The notes below the pieces were generated by a model. That model worked only from the letters and a program-made list of their open reading frames with translations. It ran no database searches and was not told the DNA's origin. From Balanoglossus misakiensis (taxonomy: Eukaryota > Animalia > Hemichordata), in contig CM082596.2 of assembly GCA_040954595.2 (NCBI GenBank), positions 8,197,124 through 8,261,123 of the forward strand: a DNA stretch of 64,000 nucleotides, in the 5' to 3' direction. Below are positions 53,512-64,000 of this stretch, piece after piece. Made by a program: the position numbers and the translations under genes. The first letter of the stretch is position 1. Each line of letters starts with the position of its first letter.

Positions 53512-56500
53512 TAATATAGCTGTGAACAGCAATAAGCGGGTTTCGAGACACTGCTAGCCCTATTGGTTCGCCTGGAGATAGATATGTGCATATTTAATTA
53601 GTCAGGGTGGAGGATGTGGGAAAGTTGGTCAAACGTCATGTGAGGTCACCCTAAATATGAGCAGAAAATTTTGACACTATATTGGTCCATGTCCAATAAA
53701 AACCACACATCTAGCCCTATTGGTTCGTGTGTACTTAGTTATGCACATAGTTAGGCAGGTGTCACAGGTGGTCCTAAATTTTGGCTACTTATTTTGGTAC
53801 CATCCTCCCAAACACCTAAGCTGTACCTGCTGTGGATGCCGAGATATGCGGAAGTAGGTCAAAGGTCACCCAAGGTCACCCGAAATTTGGGCAAAAAAAT
53901 TCGACCCAATACTCGTACAGATCCAACAAACACCAGACCTGTAGCCCTGTTGGTTTGCCTTGAATTAGGTATGCACATAATTAATGAGTTAGGCAGGTGT
54001 CACAGGTGACCCTAAATTTTGGCTTCTTATTTTGGTACCATCCACCCAAACACCTAAGCTGTACCTGCTCTGGATGCCGCGATATGAGGAAGTAGGTCAA
54101 AGGTCACCCAAGGTCACCCAAAATGTGGGCAAAAACATTTGACCCCATAGTGGTACATATCCAACAAACACCAGACCTGTAGCCCCCTTGGTTCGCCTAG
54201 AATTAGGTATGCACATAATTAATGAGTTAGGCAGGTGTCACAGGTGACCCTAAATTTTGGCTTCTTATTTTGGTACCATCCACCCAAACACCTAAGCTGT
54301 ACCTGCTGTAAATGCCGAGATATGAGGAAGTAGGTCAAAGGTCACCCAAGGTCATCCCAAATTTTGGGGGATAATTTGACCCCATACTGGTTCATGTCCA
54401 ACAAAAATCAGACCTGTAGCCCTATTGGTTTGCCTGGAATTAGGTATGCACATAATTAATGAGTTAGGCAGGTGTCACAGGTGACCCTTGAATTTGGCTT
54501 CTTATTTTGGTACCATCCACCCAAACACCTAAGCTGTACCTGCTCTGGATGCCGAGATATGCGGAAGAAGGTCAAAGGTCACTCAAGGTCACCCCAAATT
54601 TTGGGGGATAATTTGACCCCATACTGGTCCATGTCTAACAAAAATCAGACCTGTAGCCCTATTGGTTTGCCTCGAATTAGGTATGCACATAATTAATGAG
54701 TTAGGCAGGTGTCACAGGTGACCCTTGAATTAATTTGGCTTCTTTTTGTGGTCCTATGCTGCACACTGGCCGATAGGACTATTGCACCAACCAGAATTCT
54801 ACAAAACGACTTGGCCATAGCTTAACTATAGTGGAATACGTATAGGTATAGATTTCATAAAAAAAATTAATATAAAAAAATCGGTCGATTTTTCATATTA
54901 TTTTTTCCAGTTGGAACTGATTGTTGGAAGGTAGGCTAGCTGCACAATAAATTTGAAGCTGATCAGCCCAGCGGATGTTGAGATATTGGGCATAAATCTA
55001 AGATCCTAGGTGGCCATAGCTTAACTATGGAAAGTATAGGCCTAAGGCTGGGTCCAATGGTCTTGAAAAATATGAAAAATAATGCTTTAAAAATCATCTC
55101 CTCAAAATCGGCAAAGACTTGAACATTGAAATTTTGCATATAGGACCCTGGCCATTTGGTCCACAAAGTTTGTTCAAAGAATTTTGATTCGTCATTTTTT
55201 ATGCAAATGAGATCAATTTTAAACTTTCAATCCAAGATGGCTGCCAGGTCATGTGACCTGTTGCCATAGTTACATGATCAGAAAATTACTTGCTTTGAGT
55301 TTTACCTATGAGCCAAATTTGAAGTCATTGGGTGCAACGGTCTTCGAATAGCGGCCGTTTTTAAGAGTGGGAAGAAGAATAATAATAATAAATATAGCTG
55401 CAAGCAGCAATGGCGGGCCCAAGCCAACATAGCACATAGCAACATAGCAATAAGCATATCTGCTCTGGATGCCAAGATACGGTTAAGTAGGTGAAAGGTC
55501 ACCTGAGGTCATGCAAAATTTTGGCGCAAAATTTTGACCCTATACTGGTCAATGTTCAACAAAAACCAAAACTATAGCCCTATTGGTTAGCCTGGAATTA
55601 GGTATGCACATAATTAATGAGGTAGGCAGGTGTCACAGGTGACCCTCAATTTTGGCTTTTCAATTTTAATCCCAACCCTCCAAACGCCAAGTCTGTACCT
55701 GCTCTGGATGCCAAGATCTGGTAAAGTAGGTCAAAGGTCACCTGAGGTCATGCAACATTTGGGCATGAAATTTTGACCCTATACTGGTCCATGTTCAACA
55801 AAAACCAAACCTATAGCCCTATTGGTTAGCCTGGAATTAGGTATGCACATAATTAATGAGATATACAGGTGTCACAGGTGACCCCCATTTTGGCTTTTCC
55901 ATTTTAGTCCCAACCCTCCAAATGCCAAGTTTGTACCTGCTCTGGATGCCGAGATAAAGGAAAGTAGGTCAAAGGTCACCTGAGGTCACCCAAAATTTGG
56001 GCAAGAAATTTTGACCCTATACTGGTCCATGTCCCACAAGAACGAAACCTCTAGCCCTCTTAGTTAGCCCAGAATTAGGTATGCACATAATTAATGAGTT
56101 AAGCAGGGGTTACAGGTGAGCCTAAAATTTTGCCTTTTATTTTGGTGCCATTGTGCTCACTGACCAATAGACAGTCACTGTACAGGACTATTGCACAGAC
56201 CAGAATTCCACAATAAGACATGGACATAGCTTAACCATAGAGGTATAAGTAAAGGTATAAATTTAATAAAAAAATTAATATAAAAAAATCGGTCGATTTT
56301 TCATAGTATTTTTTTTCGCTTAAAATTATTGACACATGCTAGGCTAGCTGCACACCAAAGTTGGAGATGATCGGCCTAACAGATTTTGAGATATGTATGA
56401 ATATTTATCCAAAATAATATGTGGTCATAGCTTTACTGTGTAAAGTATAGGCCCATGGCTTGGGCGAAAAATATGAAAAATAATACTTAAAAATCTTCTT

Positions 56501-59500
56501 CTCAAAATTGACATGGCCTATGGCCTTGACATTTGGCATGTAGAACCCTGGCCATATGGTCCACAAAGTATGTTAACAGAATTTTGATATGGCAATTCAT
56601 ATGCAAATTAGGCCAATTTGAAAATTTTGCCCATATATGGTCATCAGGTCATGTGACTTATTAAACATTCACAAGGGTACTGCACCAGCTCTCATAGGCC
56701 TGCACCATTGTGCCAAATGTGAGATTTGTAGGTTCAGCCGTTTTCAAGATCTAGCTGGACAAAAAAACGACACAAGAAGAAGAAGAAGAAGAAGAAGTAG
56801 AAGAAAAACCCCAGTAATACCAATAGGGCCCAAGCCTGCTGGGCTTGGGCCCTAAATATAGCTGCAAGCAGCAATAGCGGGCCCAAGCCAACATAGCACA
56901 TAGCAACATAGCAATAAGCATATCTGCTCTGGATGCCAAGATATGGAACAATAGGTCAAAGTTCACCTGAGGTCATGCAAAAATTTGGGCAAGAAATTTT
57001 GACCCTATACTAGTCCATGTTCAATAAAAACCAAACCTATAGCCCTATTGGTTAGCCTGGAATTAGGTATGCACATAATTAATGAGATATGCAGGTGTCA
57101 CAGGTGACCCCCAATTTTGGCTTTTCAATTTTAGTCCCAACCCTCCAAACGCCAAGTCTGTACCTGCCCTGGGTGCCAAGATATGGTAAAGTAGGTCAAA
57201 GGTCACCTTAGGTCATGCAAAATTTGGGCAAGAAATTTTGACCCTATATTGGTCCATGTTCAACAAAAACCAAACCTATAGCCCTATTGGTTAGCCTGGA
57301 ATTAGGTATGCACATAATTAATCAGATATGCAGGTGTCACAGGTGACCCCCCAATTTGGCTTTTCAATTTTAGTCCCAACCCTCCAAACGCCAAGTCTGT
57401 ACCTGCTCTGGATGACGAGATATAGGAAAGTAAGTCAAAGGTCACCTGAGGTCACCAGAAATTTGGGGGAAAATTTTGGACCCCATACTGGTCCATATAA
57501 CACAAGAACGAAACCTCTAGCCCTCTTAGTTAGCCCAGAATTAGGTATGCACATAATTAATGAGTTAAGCAGGTGTTACAGGTGAGCCTAAAATTGTGCC
57601 TTTTATTTTGGTGCCATTGTGCTCACTGACCAACAGACAGTCACTGTACAGGACCATTCCAAAGACAAGAATTCCATAATAAAATGTGGACATAGCTTAA
57701 CTATAGAGGTATAAGTAGCCTAAAGGTATAAATTTAATAAAAAAATTAATATAAAAAAATCGGTCGATTTTTCAAATTAATTTTTTCGCTTAAAATGATT
57801 GACAAATGCTAGGCTAGCTGCACAACAAATTTGGAGTTGATAGGCCCGACAGATTTTGAGATATGTTGGTATTTTTATCTAAAATAATAAGTGGTTATAG
57901 CTTAGCTATAGAAAGTATAGGCCAATGGCTTGGTGAAAAAATATGAAAAATAATACTTAAAAATCTTCTTCTCAAAATGGACTTGGCCCATGGCCTTGAC
58001 ATTTGGCATGTAGGACAATGACCACATGGTCCGCAAAAGTTGCTAAAAGAATTTTGATATCTCCATTCATATACAAATAAGGCCGATTTGAAAATTTTGC
58101 CCATATATGGTCGTCAGGTCACATGACTTATTAAACATTCACAAGGGTACAGCTCATGCTCTCATTGGCCTGCACCATTGTGCCAAGTTTGAGATTTGTT
58201 GGTTCAGCCGTTTTCAAGATGTACTTGACGAAAAAAACGGCACAAGAAGAAGAAGAAGAAGAAGAAAAACTCCAGTAAAAAATATAGCTGCAAGCAGCAA
58301 TAGCGGGCCCAAGCGAACATAGCACATAGCAACATAGCAATAAGCATATCTGCTCAGGATGCCACGATATGGTAAAGTAGGTCAAAGGTCACCTGAGTTC
58401 ATGCAAAATTTGGGCAAGAAATTTTGACCCTATACTGGTACATGTTCAACAAAAACCAAACCTATAGCCCTATTATTTAGCCTGGAATTAGGTATGCACA
58501 TAATCAATGAGGTAGGCAGGTATCACAGGTGACCCCCAATTTTGCCTTTTCAATTTTAGTCCCAACCCTCCAAACGCCAAGTCTGTACCTGCTCTGGATG
58601 CCAAGATATGGTAAAGTAGGTCAAAGGTCACCTGAGGTCATACAAAATTGTGGCAAGAAATTTTGACTCTATACTGGTCCATGTTCAACAAAAACCAAAC
58701 CTATAGCCCTATTGGTTAGCCTGGAATTAGGTATGCACATAATTAATGAGATATGCAGGTGTCACAGGTGACCCCCATTTTGGCTTTTCAATTTTAGTCC
58801 CAACCCTCCAAACGCCAAGTCTGTACCTGCTCCGGATGCCAAGATATGGTAAAGTAGGTCAAAGGTCACCTGAGGTCATACAAAATTTGGGCAAGAAATT
58901 TTGACCCTATACTGGTCCATGTTCAACAAAAAGCAAACCTATAGCCCTATTGGTTAGCCAGGAATTAGGTATGCACATAATTAATGAGATATGCAGGTGT
59001 CACAGGTGACCCCCATTTTGGCTTTTCAGTTTTAGTCCCAACCCTCCAAACGCCAAGTCTGTACCTGCTCTGGATGCCGAGATATAGGAAAGTAGGTCAA
59101 AGGTCACCTGAGGTCACCCAAAATGTGGGCAAAAATTTTTGACCCTATACTGGGCCATGTCCCACAAGAACGAAACCTCTAGCCCTCTTAGTTAGCCCAG
59201 AATTAGGTATGCACATAATTAATGAGTTAAGCAGGTGTTACAGGTGAGCCTAAAATTGTGCCTTTTATTTTGGTGCCATTGTGCTCACTCACCAATAGAC
59301 AGTCACTGTACAGGACTATTGCACAGACCAGAATTCCACAATAAGACATGGACATAGCTTAACCATAGAGGTATAAGCAAAGGTATAAATTTAATAAACA
59401 AATTAATATAAAAAAATCTGTCGATTTTTCATATTATTTTTTTCTGCTTAAAATTATTGACAAATGCTAGGCTTGCTGCACACCAAAGTTGGAGATGATC

Positions 59501-62500
59501 GGCCTAACAGATTTTGAGATATGTATGTATATTTATCCAAAATAATATGTGGTCATAGCTTTACTATGTAAAGTATAGGCCCATGGCTTGGTCAAAAAAT
59601 ATGGAAAATAATACTTAAAAATCTTCTTCTCAAAATTGGCATGGCCAATGGCCTTGACATTTGGCATGTAGGACACTGACCACATGGTCCGCAAAAGTTG
59701 CTAAAAGAATTGTGATATCTCCATTCATATGCAAATAAGGCGGATTTGAAAATTTTGCCCATATATGGTCATCAGGTCACGTGACTAATTAAACATTCAC
59801 AAGGGTACTGCACTAGCTCTCATTGGCCTGCACCATTGTGCCAAGTTTGAAATTGGTAGGTTTAGCAGTTTTCCAGATCTACCTCGCCAAAGAAAATGAC
59901 AGAAGAAGAAAAAGAAGAAGAAGTAGAAGAATATAGCTGCAAGCAGCAATGGCGGGCCCAAGCCAACATAGCACATAGCAACATAGCAATAAGCATATCT
60001 GCTCTGGATGCCAAGATATGGAAAAGTAGGTCAAAGGTCACCTGAGGTCATGCAAAATTTGGGCGAGAAATTTTGACCCTATACTGGTCCATGTTCATCA
60101 AAAACTAAACCTATAGCCCTATTGGTTAGCCTGGAATTAGGTATGCACATAATTAATGAGGTAGGCAGGTGTCACAGGTGACCCCCCAATTTGGCTTTTC
60201 AATTTTAGTCCCAACCATCCAAACGCCAATTCTGTATCTGCTCTGGATGCCAAGATATGGTTAAGTAGGTCAAAGGTCACCTGAGGTCATGCAAAATTTG
60301 GGCAATAAATTTTGACCCTATACTGGTCCACGTTCAACAAAAACCAAACCTATAGCCCTATTGGTTAGCCTGGAATTAGGTATGCACATAATTAATGAGA
60401 TATGCAGGTGTCACAGGTGACCCCTATTTTGGCTTTTCAACTTTAGTCCCAACCCTCCAAACGCCAAGTCTGTACCTGCTCTGGATGCCGAGATATAGGA
60501 AAGTAGGTCAAAGGTCACCTGAGGTCACCCCAAATTTTGGCAAGAAATTTTGACCCTATACTGGTCCATGTCCCACAAGAACGAAACCTCTAGCCCTCTT
60601 AGTTAGCCCAGAATTAGGTATGCACATAATTAATGAGTTAAGCAGGTGTTACAGGTGAGCCTAAAATTGTGCCTTTTATTTTGGTGCCATTGTGCTCACT
60701 GACCAATAGACAGTCACTGTACAGGACTATTGCACAGGCCAGAATTCCACAATAAGACATGGACATAGAGGTATAAGTAAAGGTATAAATTTATTAAAAA
60801 AATTAATATAAAAAAATCCGTCGATTTTTCATATTATTTTTTTTCGCTTAAAATTATTGACAAATGCTAGTCTAGCTGCACACCAAAGTTGGAGATGATT
60901 GGCCTAACAGATTTTGAGATATGTATGCATATTTATCCAAAATAATATGTGGTCATAGCTTTACTATGGAAAGTATAGGCCCATGGCTTGGTAAAAAAAT
61001 ATGAAAAATAATACTTAAAAATCTTCTTCTCAAAATTGGCATGGCCAATGGCCTTGACATTTGGCAAGTAGGACACTGACCACATGGTCCGCAAAAGTTG
61101 CTAAAAGAATTTTGATATCTCCATTCATATGCAAATAAGGCCGATTTGGAAATTTTGCCCATATATGGTCATCAGGTCACGTGACTAATTTAACATTCAC
61201 AAGGGTACTGCACTAGCTCTCATTGGCCTGCACCATTGTGCCAAGTTTGAAATTGTTAGGTTTAGCAGTTTTCCAGATCTACCTCGCCAAAGAAAACGAC
61301 AGAAGAAGAAAAAGAAGAAGAAGAAGTAGAAGAATATAGCTGCAAGCAGCAATAGCGGGCCCAAGCCAACATAGCACATAGCAACATAGCAATAAGCATA
61401 TCTGCTCTGGATATGGAAAAATATGTCAAAGGTCACCTGAGGTCATGCAAAAATTTGGGCAAGAAATTTTGACCCTATACTAGTCCATGTCCGACAAAAA
61501 CCAAACCTATAGCCCTATTGGTTAGCCTGGAATTAGGTATGCACATAATTAATGAGATATGCAGGTGTCACAGGTGACCCCAAATTTTGTCTTTTCAATT
61601 TTAGTCCCAACCCTCCAAACGCCAAGTCTGTACCTGCTCTGGATGCCAAGATATGGTAAAGTAGGTCAAAGGTCACCTGAGGTCATACAAAATTTGGGCA
61701 AGAAATTTTGACCCTATACTGGTCCATGTTCAACAAAAACCAAACCTATAGCCCTATTGGTTAGCCTGGAATTAGGTATGCACATAATTAATGAGATATG
61801 CAGGTGTCACAGGTGACCCCCATTTCGGCTTTTCAATTTTAGTCCCAACCCTCCAAACGCCAAGTCTGTACCTGCTCTGGATGCCAAGATATGGTAAAGT
61901 AGGTCAAAGGTCACCTGAGGTCATACAAAATTTGGGCAAGAAATTTTGACCCTATACTGGTCCATGTTCAACAAAAACCAAACCTATAGCCCTATTAGTT
62001 AGCCTGGAATTAGGTATGCACATAATTAATGAGATATGCAGGTGTCACAGGTGACCCCCATTTCGGCTTTTCAATTTTAGTCCCAACTCTCCAAACGCCA
62101 AGTCTGTACCTGCTCTGGATGCCGAGATATAGGAAAGTAGGTCAAAGGTCACCTGAGGTCACCCAAAAGTTGGGCAAGAAATTTTGACCCTATACTGGTC
62201 CATGTTCAACAAAAACCTAACCTATAGCCCTATTGGTTAGCCTGGAATTAGGTATGCACATAATTAATGAGATATGCAGGTGTCACAGGTGACCCCAAAT
62301 TTTGGCTTTTCAATTTTAGTCCTAACCCTCCAAACGCCAAGTCTGTACCTGCTCTGGATGCCGAGATATAGGAAAGTAGGTCAAAGGTCACCTGAGGTCA
62401 CCCAAAATTTGGGTAAGAAATTTTGACCCCATACTTGTCCATGTTCAACAAAAATCTAACCTCTAGCCCTATTGGTTAGCCTGGAATTAGGTATGCACAT

Positions 62501-64000
62501 AATTAATGAGATAAGCAGGTGTCACAGGTGACCTCCAAGTTTGGCTTTTCAATTTTAGTCCCAACCCTCCAAACGCCAAGTCTGTACCTGCTGTGGATGC
62601 CAAGATACAGGAAAGTAGGTCAAAGGTCACCTGAGGTCACCCCAAATTTTGGCAGGAATGTTTAACCCTATACTGGTCCATGTCCCACAAGAACGAAACC
62701 TCTAGCCCTCTTAGTTAGCCCAGAATTAGGTATGCACATAATTAATGAGTTAAGCAGGTGTTACAGGTGAGCCTAAAATTGTGCCTTTTATTTTGGTGCC
62801 ATTGTGCTCACTGACCAATAGACAGTCACTGTACAGGACTATTGCACAGACCAGAATTCCACAATAAGACATGGACATAGAGGTATAAGTACAGGTATAA
62901 ATTTATTAAAAAAATTAATATAAAAAAATCCGTCGATTTTTCATATTATTTTTTTTCGCTTAAAATTATTGACAAATGCTAGTCTAGCTGCACACCAAAG
63001 TTGGAGATGATTGGCCTAACAGATTTTGAGATATGTATGCATATTTATCCAAAATAATATGTGGTCATAGCTTTACTATGGAAAGTATAGGCCCATGGCT
63101 TGGTAAAAAAATATGAAAAATAATACTTAAAAATCTTCTTCTCAAAATTGGCATGGCCAATGGCCTTGACATTTGGCAAGTAGGACACTGACCACATGGT
63201 CCGCAAAAGTTGCTAAAAGAATTTTGATATCTCCATTCATATGCAAATAAGGCCGATTTGGAAATTTTGCCCATATATGGTCATCAGGTCACGTGACTAA
63301 TTTAACATTCACAAGGGTACTGCACTAGCTCTCATTGGCCTGCACCATTGTGCCAAGTTTGAAATTGTTAGGTTTAGCAGTTTTCCAGATCTACCTCGCC
63401 AAAGAAAACGACAGAAGAAGAAAAAGAAGAAGAAGTAGAAGATTAAAGCTGCGAGCAGCATTGTCGGGCCCAAGCGCTGATCTTGAATTATATATGCACA
63501 GTATGAATGAGAAGAAACAGAATTTTCTATCGGATGTATTATCTCATGACATATCAAGGACGTGTGTATTCTTGCTGCTTAAATAGGGTGAAGTAGGTCA
63601 AAGGTCACCTGAGGTCACCCAACATTTGGGCAATTTTTTTTGACCCATACTGGTCCATGTCCAACAAAAACCAAAACTCTAGCTCTATTGGTTCGCCTGT
63701 AATTAGGTATGTGCATATTTAATGAGGTCAGCAGGTGTCACAGGTGACCCAAAAATGTGGCTTTACATTTTGGTCCCATCCTACCAAATGCCATGGCTGT
63801 ATCTGCTCTGGATGCTGAGATATGCGAAAGTAGGTCAAAGGTCACCAGAGGTCACGCAACATTTGGGCAAAACATTTTGATCCTATACTGGTCTGTGTCC
63901 AACAAAAACCAAACCTCTAGCTCTATTGGTTCGCCTGTAATTAGCTATGCACATAATTGATGAGGTCAGCAGAGGTCAAAGGGGTCATGAAAAGTAGCAA
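53512..64000 (-). mobile_element. Head-to-tail array of at least 7 non-autonomous Helentron/HINE-like elements with internal ~238-bp tandem repeats
   Basis: Unit boundaries near 53512, 55391, 56855, 58281, 59931, 61334 and 63442. On the minus strand a unit runs: optional 5' hairpin TTAGGGCCCAAGC..GCTTGGGCCCTA, then (TTC)n, a ~700-bp core, 3-6 copies of a ~238-bp monomer, subterminal CTTGGGCCC, and a GCTGCTTGCAGC stem-loop followed by TATATT. No TSDs and no coding capacity seen. The repeat structure is clear; the family call is structural inference. Confidence 0.75.

Noticed and set aside
53794-63960. Recurrent short ORFs in the terminal array as transposase or peptide genes
   Set aside because: They are short, frame-variable between copies and show no Rep, helicase, RT or transposase motifs.

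Overview
This is intron-rich, AT-rich animal genomic DNA; an invertebrate deuterostome is my unverified guess. Five spliced genes can be reconstructed by hand with consistent intron phases. (1) PP1 catalytic subunit, beta-type, minus strand, 8 exons, 325 aa. (2) BBOF1/CCDC176, plus strand, 10 exons, 539 aa, head-to-head with PP1. (3) A type I membrane protein with a degenerate SRCR domain, WSC, CUB, TM and a Tyr-motif tail, plus strand, ~495 aa. (4) A CYP46A1-like P450, plus strand, 14 exons, 509 aa, with one GC-AG intron. (5) A kinase-less ankyrin-Roc-COR-death domain (ROCO) gene, minus strand, ~1580 aa. The ROCO gene is the most unusual element. Its ankyrin region holds 11 tandem near-identical exon+intron cassettes, one repeat per phase-0 exon, which differ almost only by non-synonymous changes in the first half of the repeat. 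Its death domain appears split by a 126-bp tandem repeat array. The last 10.5 kb is a head-to-tail array of at least 7 Helentron/HINE-like elements with variable numbers of ~238-bp internal repeats. Many short TIR elements (MITEs) sit in introns. All coordinates were read by eye; no database searches were run.
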